In this document: positions 15,694-23,458 of the stretch, in pieces
How the letters are laid out: each line of letters opens with the position of its first letter
How positions within the stretch are numbered: position 1 is the first letter of the stretch
From: Synechococcus sp. A15-28
Lineage (GTDB): Bacteria > Cyanobacteriota > Cyanobacteriia > PCC-6307 > Cyanobiaceae
NCBI RefSeq assembly: GCF_014280175.1
Contig: NZ_CP047931.1
Span: forward strand, 870,001 to 902,000
Length of the DNA stretch: 32,000 nucleotides
Reading direction: 5' to 3'
Made by a program: the position numbers and the translations under genes
Notes under the pieces: model-generated
What the model was told of the DNA's origin: nothing
The model's input: only the letters and a program-made list of their open reading frames with translations
Databases searched by the model: none

Positions 15694-16692
15694 GTGACCA
15701 TAGTCAAAGTTGCTGCCGCGCAGATCCGTCCCGTCCTGTTCAGCCTGGACGGATCCCTGCAAAGAGTGCTGGATGCCATTGCCGAAGCCGCGGCTCAAGG
15801 CGTGGAATTGATCGTTTTTCCTGAAACGTTTCTGCCCTATTACCCCTATTTCTCGTTTGTTGAACCTCCGGTCTTGATGGGGAGATCCCATCTGGAGTTG
15901 TATGAGCAGGCTGTGGTGGTTCCTGGCCCTGTCACCGATGCCGTTGCGGCTGCTGCCCGTCAGCACGGCATGCAGGTTCTGTTGGGCGTCAACGAACGTG
16001 ATGGCGGAACGCTTTACAACACCCAGTTGTTGTTTAACAGCTGTGGAGAACTTGTTCTGAAGCGGCGAAAAATCACGCCGACTTACCACGAGCGGATGGT
16101 CTGGGGCCAAGGGGACGGCTCAGGTCTCAAGGTGGTGCAGACGCCTTTGGCTCGTATTGGCGCTTTGGCCTGCTGGGAGCACTACAACCCCCTAGCCCGT
16201 TACGCCTTGATGGCCCAGGGGGAGGAGATCCACTGCGCTCAGTTCCCGGGCTCATTGGTGGGCCCGATCTTCTCGGAACAGACCGCCGTCACCATGCGCC
16301 ATCACGCTCTTGAGGCCGGGTGTTTCGTGATTTGTTCCACCGGTTGGTTGCATCCCGATGACTATGCATCGATCACGTCTGAGTCGGGTCTTCACAAGGC
16401 GTTTCAAGGGGGGTGTCACACCGCTGTGATCAGCCCTGAGGGCCGTTATCTGGCAGGTCCTTTGCCGGATGGAGAGGGGTTGGCGATCGCCGATCTCGAT
16501 CTTGCCCTGATTACCAAGCGCAAACGGATGATGGACAGCGTCGGGCATTACAGCCGCCCAGAACTGCTGTCGTTGCAGATCAACAGTTCTCCTGCGGTTC
16601 CCGTTCAAGACATTTCGACTGCATCGGTTCCATTGGATCCGGCCACAGCTCCCGATGCCCTGTCATCGATGGAGGCCTTGAACCATGTCTGA
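15694..16692 (+). CDS. Nitrilase (Nit6803/Sll0784-type, branch 1 nitrilase)
   Basis: Glu-Lys-Cys triad contexts VFPETF, KRRKITP and LACWEH. GTG at 15694 is preceded by GGAGG at 15679-15683 and is preferred over the ORF-track start at 15652, which overlaps the previous gene. Confidence 0.9.
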   Translation: MTIVKVAAAQIRPVLFSLDGSLQRVLDAIAEAAAQGVELIVFPETFLPYYPYFSFVEPPVLMGRSHLELYEQAVVVPGPVTDAVAAAARQHGMQVLLGVNERDGGTLYNTQLLFNSCGELVLKRRKITPTYHERMVWGQGDGSGLKVVQTPLARIGALACWEHYNPLARYALMAQGEEIHCAQFPGSLVGPIFSEQTAVTMRHHALEAGCFVICSTGWLHPDDYASITSESGLHKAFQGGCHTAVISPEGRYLAGPLPDGEGLAIADLDLALITKRKRMMDSVGHYSRPELLSLQINSSPAVPVQDISTASVPLDPATAPDALSSMEALNHV

Positions 16693-17773
16693 GCTTGGTC
16701 GCCTGGTAACTGAATTGCAGGTGCATGGCGTGCGGGTTGACCCTGTGAAGGGCAATCCGGGACGACGGGGAGGTGCAGGTCCCTCCGACCACCGTGCCTT
16801 GGATCTCGATGGCACCACCGTGATGGTGCCCGTCTACAACGATGCCTCCGCTGGGTCTCCCTACAAGTTGGCATCCTCCGGTGCTGCTCTTGCCATTGAG
16901 GGACCCGAGCAGCATTGCACTGCTGAGATCACAACACCACGTGAGCCAGCGTTTTACGGCTTGAGCACAGCCGATGGAATCTCCTACCGATCGATTGCCT
17001 TGCTGCACAGCAAGGATGTATTGGCCACAACGTTGCTGCAGACCTGCATTCGTTTTCGGGATCGATCCCAGTCGTGCCAGTTTTGCGCGATTGAACAGTC
17101 GATCGAGGACGGGGCCTTGGTGCGCAAATCGCCTGAGCAGGTGGCGGAAGTGGCGGCAGCGGCTGTCCGACTGGACGGGGTCAAGCAACTGGTGATGACC
17201 ACCGGAACACCCAACAGTGACGATCGCGGAGCCCGTCTGATGGCTGAAACCGCGGAAGCCGTCAAGCGTCGGGTGAATCTACCGATCCAGGGCCAATGTG
17301 AACCTCCGGAAGATCCGCGCTGGTACCAGCGCATGAAGGACGCTGGAATTGACAGTCTCGGCATGCATCTGGAGGTGGTGGAGCCGGATGTGCGGCGTCG
17401 GATCCTTCCCGGGAAATCGGAGCTCAGTCTTGAGCGTTACTACGAGGCCTTCGCGGATGCCGTTGCGGTGTTCGGTCGCGGTGAAGTATCCACGTATCTG
17501 CTGGCCGGCCTGGGTGACAGCAAGGAGGCCTTGCTCGACTGCTGCCTACGGTTGATTGAACTCGGGGTGTACCCCTTTGTGGTGCCCTTTGTGCCGATCT
17601 CCGGAACACCCTTGGAGAGCCATCCATCACCGGACAGCTCCTTCATGGTTGATGTGTATCAGGGTGTTGCCGCGATGTTGAAGGCGGGGGACCTTCGATC
17701 CGAGCGGATGTCCGCCGGTTGTGCCAAATGCGGGGCTTGCTCCGCACTCTCATTGTTCGAGCAAGTGTCGTAG
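16685..17773 (+). CDS. Radical SAM protein, MSMEG_0568-like (Nit1C member)
   Basis: The only N-terminal Cys cluster is [14 protein letters not shown] (C-x9-C-x2-C), followed by a TIM-barrel-like core (VMTTGTP..., GMHLEVV). C-terminal CAKCGAC motif. It overlaps the nitrilase stop by 8 nt. Confidence 0.8.
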   Translation: MSELGRLVTELQVHGVRVDPVKGNPGRRGGAGPSDHRALDLDGTTVMVPVYNDASAGSPYKLASSGAALAIEGPEQHCTAEITTPREPAFYGLSTADGISYRSIALLHSKDVLATTLLQTCIRFRDRSQSCQFCAIEQSIEDGALVRKSPEQVAEVAAAAVRLDGVKQLVMTTGTPNSDDRGARLMAETAEAVKRRVNLPIQGQCEPPEDPRWYQRMKDAGIDSLGMHLEVVEPDVRRRILPGKSELSLERYYEAFADAVAVFGRGEVSTYLLAGLGDSKEALLDCCLRLIELGVYPFVVPFVPISGTPLESHPSPDSSFMVDVYQGVAAMLKAGDLRSERMSAGCAKCGACSALSLFEQVS

Positions 17774-17775
17774 TC

Positions 17776-18444
17776 ATGGTTTCGTGTCTTGATCCCAGCA
17801 GCTGCGGCATTGGCCGCAGCATCAGTTCCGCGCCCCACTTATTCACGCCCTCGGTGCGCGCTGGCATTGGTATCGATGCCGATGATTTCCGTCTGTCTCC
17901 CACCGCGAGTTCCAATCGTTTCACCTTTCATCTTCTGCGTGCCGACGCGCCGCTGATCCAGGGGTATTGGTCGTTGCGGCGCAACATCTTCTGCAGCGAG
18001 CAGCATGTGTTTGAAGCGTCTGATTGTGATGATCTCGACGCGATCGCCTACCCCATTGCGGCGGTGCATCACAGTTCAGAGCCAGCGCATGACGATGGCG
18101 TTGAAACCGATGTAGTTGGCGTGGTGCGGATTGTGGAAACAGAGCCGCGACTTTGGTATGGCGGTCGCCTCGGCGTGCATTCCGATTTCCGCCGTCATAA
18201 CCAGATTGGCAAGGGGTTGATCTGGAAGGCTGTCACCACTGCCAATGGCTGGGGATGTGACCGTTTCCTGGCCACGGTGCAGATTCAGAACGTCCGCTTT
18301 TTCCGCCGCTTGCACTGGACCTCGATCGATCAACTTGAGATTCGGGGCATACCCCATCACCTGATGGAAGCGGATCTCAACTACTACCTGCCCTCATGTG
18401 AGCAACGACCGTTCGCCTCGCATCACCTGTCAACTGCGGCGTGA
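17776..18444 (+). CDS. GNAT family N-acetyltransferase, MSMEG_0567/Sll0786-like (Nit1C member)
   Basis: ATG at 17776 lies 2 nt after the radical SAM stop. Acetyl-CoA motif A-like RRHNQIGKGL. The upstream part of ORF 17719..18444 overlaps the previous gene and was discarded. Confidence 0.8.
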   Translation: MVSCLDPSSCGIGRSISSAPHLFTPSVRAGIGIDADDFRLSPTASSNRFTFHLLRADAPLIQGYWSLRRNIFCSEQHVFEASDCDDLDAIAYPIAAVHHSSEPAHDDGVETDVVGVVRIVETEPRLWYGGRLGVHSDFRRHNQIGKGLIWKAVTTANGWGCDRFLATVQIQNVRFFRRLHWTSIDQLEIRGIPHHLMEADLNYYLPSCEQRPFASHHLSTAA

Positions 18445-19418
18445 ATAACGTGGGCCTTGTGAACGCCTTGCGCAGGACCAGTGGTCTGTTGGCGAAGCGC
18501 GATATTCGCTCGGCCGCTGCCACCTTTTACCATCAGCCCTTCCCGCAGCTGGGTTTGGCCGGGATGCTGGGTGATGACGCTGCTGTGCTGCCTGCGCAGA
18601 GCGGTCAACTGTTGTTGGCCTGTGAGGGGATGAATCCAGAGCTCGTTGAAGAGGACCCCTGGTTTGCAGGTTGGAGTGGGGTGCTGGTCAATCTCAGTGA
18701 CATCGCGGCTATGGGGGGGCGACCGCTGGCGCTTGTGAACAGCGTGTGGAGCGGCCATGTGGAGGGGATGAGCAGCCTTCTGGATGGGATGCGTTTTGCG
18801 TGTGATCGCTTCGGTGTCCCCATGGTTGGTGGCCACTCCAACCAGCAGAGCTTTTATCAGGCGCTCTCGGTGTCTGTTCTCGGTGTCGCGGAGGGTCCCG
18901 TCCTGTCCGCTCGCGCAGCACGTTCTGGCGATGAGCTGTGGATGCTGGTGAACAAAACAGGAGGCTTCTATCGCCACTACCCCTTCTGGGATGCTGCGAC
19001 CCATGCCCCGCCTGAGCGTCTTCGTGCGCAACTTGCCTTAATGCCCACGCTGGCCGCTGAACGGCTGGTGCACGCCGCCAAGGACATCAGCATGGGAGGC
19101 ATCACCGGCACCGCTGTGATGTTTGCCGAGGCGTGTGGTCATCAGTTAATCCTTGACCTGGATGCCGTGGAACGACCTGAAGACATCCGCGACGAAGCTT
19201 GGCTGACCTGCTTCCCGAGCTTCGGATATCTGCTGGCTGTCGCCCCTTCGCGTACTGCAGCCTTGACGCAATTGATCTCACGTGATTCCACGTTGATTTG
19301 TTGCCGTGTCGGACACTTTGCCATGGGCGATTGCAGCGTGCTGTTGCAACATTCAGGTGAGACCCATCATTTCTGGGATGGAGGCGATCCGCTCACTGGT
19401 TTTGGCTGTGTTCGATGA
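18441..19418 (+). CDS. AIR synthase-related (PurM/ThiL/HypE-fold) protein, Sll0787-like (Nit1C member)
   Basis: N-terminal GDDAAVL motif and a PurM-like two-domain length (325 aa). The GTG start overlaps the GNAT stop (GTGA). Confidence 0.8.
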   Translation: MNNVGLVNALRRTSGLLAKRDIRSAAATFYHQPFPQLGLAGMLGDDAAVLPAQSGQLLLACEGMNPELVEEDPWFAGWSGVLVNLSDIAAMGGRPLALVNSVWSGHVEGMSSLLDGMRFACDRFGVPMVGGHSNQQSFYQALSVSVLGVAEGPVLSARAARSGDELWMLVNKTGGFYRHYPFWDAATHAPPERLRAQLALMPTLAAERLVHAAKDISMGGITGTAVMFAEACGHQLILDLDAVERPEDIRDEAWLTCFPSFGYLLAVAPSRTAALTQLISRDSTLICCRVGHFAMGDCSVLLQHSGETHHFWDGGDPLTGFGCVR

Positions 19419-19470
19419 AACAGTCATGAGCAATGTTGCCGTGCAGAATCGATGAGTAAAGCAACGATCC

Positions 19471-19752
19471 ATGCCTGAAGTTCGCTTTCAACTGGAGTGG
19501 CCAGACGGGCAATCCAGTACGTTATATTCGCCATCAACGGTGATTCTCGATTATTTCCGACCTGGCGATTCGCTGTTGGTTTCTGAGCTTGAGGCGCGCG
19601 GAGTTGAAGCTCTTCGTGCAGCGTCAGAGCGCGTTCGTGCGAGGTTTGGCTTTGCCTGTACGCGTGCGGACGAAGAAGAATCTCTTCTGCGCCAATGGGT
19701 CTCTCGCTACAGCTCCAATGACACGGTTCATGTGACCAGTCAACTTTCCTGA
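19471..19752 (+). CDS. MSMEG_0570-like small protein (Nit1C 'hypothetical 2')
   Basis: 93-aa ORF in the position and of the size of the second conserved hypothetical protein of Nit1C clusters ([13 protein letters not shown]...). Confidence 0.65.
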   Translation: MPEVRFQLEWPDGQSSTLYSPSTVILDYFRPGDSLLVSELEARGVEALRAASERVRARFGFACTRADEEESLLRQWVSRYSSNDTVHVTSQLS

Positions 19753-19778
19753 TTGTCATTTTTACGGATTTCTTTTTT

Positions 19779-20246
19779 ATGTCTGGAAAACCTCCTTTCC
19801 CCCCGTTCACCCTGGAAACGGCTCGCCAGAAAGCGCGCATGGCGGAAAATGCTTGGAACAGTAAGGATCCCGACAAGGTCTCATTGGCTTACACCGAAGA
19901 CAGCGTGTGGAGAAATCGCAGTGAATTCATTCACGGCCGCGCTGAAATCCTCGCTTTTCTACAGCGCAAATGGGCCAAAGAACTGGATTACAAACTGATC
20001 AAAGAAGTCTGGGCCTGTAGCGATAACCGGATTGCTGTGCGCTTTCAGTACGAGTGGCATGACGCCGAGGGCCAGTGGTTCAGAGCCCACGGCAACGAGA
20101 ACTGGGAGTTTGCCGAGAACGGCTTGATGCGCAGACGTGAAGCCAGTATTAATGATGTTCCGATCGCTGAGAGCGACCGCCTGTTCAGCTGGGGGGATGG
20201 TCCGCGTCCGGACGATTTCCCGGGTTTGACGGACCTGGGACTCTGA
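19779..20246 (+). CDS. DUF1348-like NTF2/SnoaL-fold protein
   Basis: 155 aa. [27 protein letters not shown]...[25 protein letters not shown] is characteristic of the DUF1348 NTF2-like family. Confidence 0.7.
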   Translation: MSGKPPFPPFTLETARQKARMAENAWNSKDPDKVSLAYTEDSVWRNRSEFIHGRAEILAFLQRKWAKELDYKLIKEVWACSDNRIAVRFQYEWHDAEGQWFRAHGNENWEFAENGLMRRREASINDVPIAESDRLFSWGDGPRPDDFPGLTDLGL

Positions 20247-20250
20247 ATTG

Positions 20251-21039
20251 ATGGGGCAAGGCCGCTACTCACTGCCGCAGGCAATCACCTCCATCGTGGA
20301 CCTGCGGCTGTTCATGGAACACCACGTGTTCGCGGTGTGGGATTTCATGCTCCTGCTCAAGACCTTGCAGCAGCACCTGGCTCCTTCCGGCGTTCCCTGG
20401 GTGCCACCAACCCATCCCGAGATTGCTGGCCTGGTGAACAGCTTGGTAGCGGAAGAGGAATGTGATCTTCTGCCTGGCAGCCTTGGGGGACCTCTTCATC
20501 TCTCCCATTTCGGGATTTACAGGCGAGCAATGGTGGAGATCGAGGCGAACACTTCGGTCATCGATGCGGTGTTGGAGTTGACGTCGTGTGGTGATCTCGC
20601 CTCTGCTTTGCACCATCCGGAAATTCCAGCGCCATCGGCTCGTTTCCTACGCACTACCCAGGCGTTGATCGCCTCCGGGGAAGTGCACGCGCTGGCGGCG
20701 GCGTTTGCCTATGGCCGGGAGCTGTTGGTTCCCAATCTGTTTCGCGGGCTGCTCGATCGCCTGACCGTGCTGGAGCTGCCTTGTCCGACTTTGCGCTGGT
20801 ACCTCGAGCGCCACATCGTTCTGGATGGCGACAGCCATGGGCCGTTGGCGGAAACGATGGTGCTCACCCTGGCCGGCAACGACCCTGCGGCGCATCAGAC
20901 GGTGCAGACCGTGAGGAGGCAGGTGCTTGCTGAGCGTTCTGCGTTCTGGGATGCGATTGAGAACCAGCTTCGGGACAGGTCTCAGACCAATCGATCCGGT
21001 GGCGAGCATTCACAGATGCTCTCCTCTGTTCTGGTCTGA
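20251..21039 (+). CDS. DUF3050-like protein (heme-oxygenase-like helical fold)
   Basis: HHVFAVWDFMLLLKTLQ near the N-terminus is typical of DUF3050. ATG at 20251 (TTG at 20248 in the ORF track). It starts 2-5 nt after the previous stop. Confidence 0.65.
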   Translation: MGQGRYSLPQAITSIVDLRLFMEHHVFAVWDFMLLLKTLQQHLAPSGVPWVPPTHPEIAGLVNSLVAEEECDLLPGSLGGPLHLSHFGIYRRAMVEIEANTSVIDAVLELTSCGDLASALHHPEIPAPSARFLRTTQALIASGEVHALAAAFAYGRELLVPNLFRGLLDRLTVLELPCPTLRWYLERHIVLDGDSHGPLAETMVLTLAGNDPAAHQTVQTVRRQVLAERSAFWDAIENQLRDRSQTNRSGGEHSQMLSSVLV

Positions 21040-21180
21040 CCTAACCCACACCGCATTGGCACAGGCGGCTTGTTTGGTGTTTTGGAGTGAGTTTGTGTCG
21101 TGTTGGCTGAGCTGATTGCCCCATCTGGTTTCCGGTTTTGACCCTGACCTGATCCATTCCTCTGCAGAATCGCTGCATTG

Positions 21181-22374
21181 ATGGTGAGCGTGGTGGCTGG
21201 AGCTGGTGTGAATCCTGCGGATCAGCGCTGGGGTTTCTGGCCGCTGCTGCCGCTCTATCCCTATGGCCGCCGCCACACGGTGTTCAGTGAGTTGATCCCT
21301 GGCCAGCTCTGGAGTCTGGAGCAGCTGCAGGGGGTGTATTACGTGGCCGTTCCGGTGCGGCTCACCGTTGCCAAGGTGCCCGGTGGCTTGATGTTGGTGA
21401 ACCCACTGCCGCCCACCGGTGAGGTTCGCCAAGCCATTGCCGGGCTGGAACAGCAGCATGGGCCCGTGCGCACGATCGTGCTGCCCACCGCCTCTGGTCT
21501 GGAGCACAAGCTGCCCCTCGGCCCCCTGGCCCGCGCCTTCCCGGGTGCAGAAATTTGGGTGTGTCCGGGTCAGTGGAGTTTTCCGGTGCAGTTGCCTCTG
21601 GCCTGGTTGGGCGTTCCGGCACGCCGCACCAAGGTCTTGTTCGACGATGGCGTCCCCCATGGCGATGTTTGTGAGTGGTTGTCGTTGGGACCCCTCGACC
21701 TTGGTGTCGGTCGTTTCCAGGAGATCTCCTGTTTTCATCGTCCGTCAGGCGCTCTGCTGGTCACCGACGCCCTTGTGGGCATCAGTGTTGAGCCGCCTTC
21801 GCTGTTTGATCTCGACCCCACGCCTCTGTTGTTCCACGCCCGCGAGCGGGGTGATCAGCCTTTGCACGACACGCCCGAGGCGCGTCGACGTGGTTGGGCG
21901 CGGCTGGTGCTGTTTGCCTCCTACCTGCGGCCGGAACCGTTGGAGGTGCCAACCCTCAAGGAGGTGTTTCGCCATGCCTTTCGCCCCGGTCTGCGATCGG
22001 CCAAAGCCCACTTCGGGCTCTATCCCTTTCGGTGGAAGCCGGGTTGGGAGGCCGCCGCTGCTGAGTTGATGAGGGAAGCGGAGCCCAAAATTCAGGTGGC
22101 GCCGGTGTTGGAGCGGTTGGTGTTACCCCGTGCCAAGAAATCTCTGCTCGATTGGTTGGAGCAGCTGGGTCAATGGAGCGATCTGCGCTGGCTGGTGTCA
22201 GCCCACTACAGCGCTCCCATCGGTTTCACGACAGGAACGTTGGCTTCACTTGTTCGGGATCTGACCGAACGCCCCTGGGCACCCAGCACCAGCAACTGGG
22301 AGTTTCTTGGATCGATTGATCAACGCTTGCTGGATCTCGGCGTAGTGCCTGAGCAACCTCGTCTCAGAAGTTGA
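21181..22374 (+). CDS. DUF4336-like protein (metallo-beta-lactamase-like fold); target gene of the island integrations
   Basis: About 397 aa with sequence conserved in cyanobacteria and plastid-bearing eukaryotes (WGFWPLLPLYPYG..., VTDALV). Its upstream region and first ~24 codons are the sequence reiterated at 9637, 9873 and 13453. Confidence 0.75.
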   Translation: MVSVVAGAGVNPADQRWGFWPLLPLYPYGRRHTVFSELIPGQLWSLEQLQGVYYVAVPVRLTVAKVPGGLMLVNPLPPTGEVRQAIAGLEQQHGPVRTIVLPTASGLEHKLPLGPLARAFPGAEIWVCPGQWSFPVQLPLAWLGVPARRTKVLFDDGVPHGDVCEWLSLGPLDLGVGRFQEISCFHRPSGALLVTDALVGISVEPPSLFDLDPTPLLFHARERGDQPLHDTPEARRRGWARLVLFASYLRPEPLEVPTLKEVFRHAFRPGLRSAKAHFGLYPFRWKPGWEAAAAELMREAEPKIQVAPVLERLVLPRAKKSLLDWLEQLGQWSDLRWLVSAHYSAPIGFTTGTLASLVRDLTERPWAPSTSNWEFLGSIDQRLLDLGVVPEQPRLRS

Positions 22375-22717
22375 GTTCGTCGTCCGGCTCGATGGCCATC
22401 TGCTCATCAGCGAACAAGGTCTCTTCCAGCTCCTTGCGCTGCTCCATCTGACGCAGGAAGTAGCCCGTCATCATGGCTGAAGCGAGCATGTTGGCCAGGT
22501 TGTCGCGGTTGGCTGTGACCTTCACTTCGAAGTGTTCACCGGGGAGCATGCCCAGCAACCCTTGAACGTTGTGGCGAATGATGTCCTGGATGTCGTTGCT
22601 GGCGGACTTGGCGACACGCTGCAAGGTGTCCGGTGTCTGCTCCTGCAGGTACTGGATCAGGCTGTTCCCCGCTTGACCGTCGTTGCTGTCAGTGGTCAGG
22701 AACTCGGGGTTGAACAT
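22364..22717 (-). CDS. DUF760-like protein
   Basis: 117 aa. LIQYLQEQTPDTL...NVQGLLGMLP...MMTGYFLRQMEQR matches the DUF760 pattern common in cyanobacteria and chloroplasts. It converges on and overlaps the previous gene by 11 nt. Confidence 0.7.
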   Translation of the reverse strand: MFNPEFLTTDSNDGQAGNSLIQYLQEQTPDTLQRVAKSASNDIQDIIRHNVQGLLGMLPGEHFEVKVTANRDNLANMLASAMMTGYFLRQMEQRKELEETLFADEQMAIEPDDELNF

Positions 22718-22765
22718 CCGTTGTGATCTACATCACGGACCTGACCCTAACGCAAGCACCCGTGA

Positions 22766-23359
22766 TCAACTGCCATCAGCAGGGGCGGGGATCCGTAAGG
22801 GACCGAACTGCTGCAACGGCCAATAGCGCCAGATCGCTGTTCCGATCACGTTGCGCTCCGGCAACGGTCCCCACAGATGGGAATCCAGGCTGGCGTTGCG
22901 GTTGTCACCCATCACCCAGAGCTGATCTTCGGGCACCTGAACCGGTGCCATGGCGTAGTCCATGGCTTCGCTGATCCAGGGCTCTTTGACCTCCTCACCA
23001 TTGCGGCGCAGAACGCCGTTCTCCACCATCAACTGATCACCGGGCAAGCCCACCACCCGTTTGATCAAGGCTGCGTTGGGGTCGTATCCCGCGGCCACCA
23101 GCTGCTGCGGCGGTGCAAACACCACCACATCCCCGCGCTGCAGGTGCCGATGCAGGCGTCGGGTCAGCCGAGGTCGGATCTTCTCCACCAGGATCCGGTC
23201 CTGCAGCTGCAGGGTGGGCAGCATCGACCCCGATGGGATCCAGCGCGGTTCCACCACCACCCAGCGCAGTAAGAGCGCCAGCAGTGCCCAGACGATCAGG
23301 TTCCGCCAGAACCCTTTGGAGCTCTCCTGGACGGGGGGTGTGGTGAATGGGGGCGTCAT
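22766..23359 (-). CDS. lepB: Signal peptidase I
   Basis: ATG at 23359 gives 197 aa with SGSMLPTL (catalytic Ser), KRVVGLPGD (catalytic Lys) and GDNRNASLDS boxes. The longer ORF-track version (to 23938) is antisense to menD and was discarded. Confidence 0.9.
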   Translation of the reverse strand: MTPPFTTPPVQESSKGFWRNLIVWALLALLLRWVVVEPRWIPSGSMLPTLQLQDRILVEKIRPRLTRRLHRHLQRGDVVVFAPPQQLVAAGYDPNAALIKRVVGLPGDQLMVENGVLRRNGEEVKEPWISEAMDYAMAPVQVPEDQLWVMGDNRNASLDSHLWGPLPERNVIGTAIWRYWPLQQFGPLRIPAPADGS

Positions 23360-23458
23360 TGACCCAAGATCGCACCAGCCAGACCCCCTGCACTGACCAC
23401 TGCCCGCGCCAATCTGCAGGCGGCCCTGACGCTGCTGGACGGTCTGCGTCAGCAGGGC

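Larger units (their letters stand above)
13541..21163 (+). mobile_element. Integrated island segment (remnant, no recombinase) carrying the Nit1C cluster plus two extra genes
   Basis: Bounded by the core of unit B and by the upstream region of the intact target gene. GC is lower than in the core genes, with AT-rich intergenic tracts. Confidence 0.5.

Noticed and set aside
9550-21180. Search for a tRNA/tmRNA gene, integrase, excisionase, transposase or IS ends that would make the island a classical tRNA-targeted or IS-flanked element
   Set aside because: I recognised no tRNA-like sequence (no T-loop GGTTCGAATCC-type motif) and no recombinase- or transposase-like ORF in any frame of the ORF track. 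The region is therefore described as recombinase-less island remnants, not as an active mobile element.
21010-21738. 242-aa minus-strand ORF 21010..21738 and plus-strand ORF 21419..22069 overlapping the DUF4336-like gene
   Set aside because: They are shadow ORFs antisense or out of frame to a conserved protein. Their composition is Gln/Arg/Gly/His-rich and they have no motifs.
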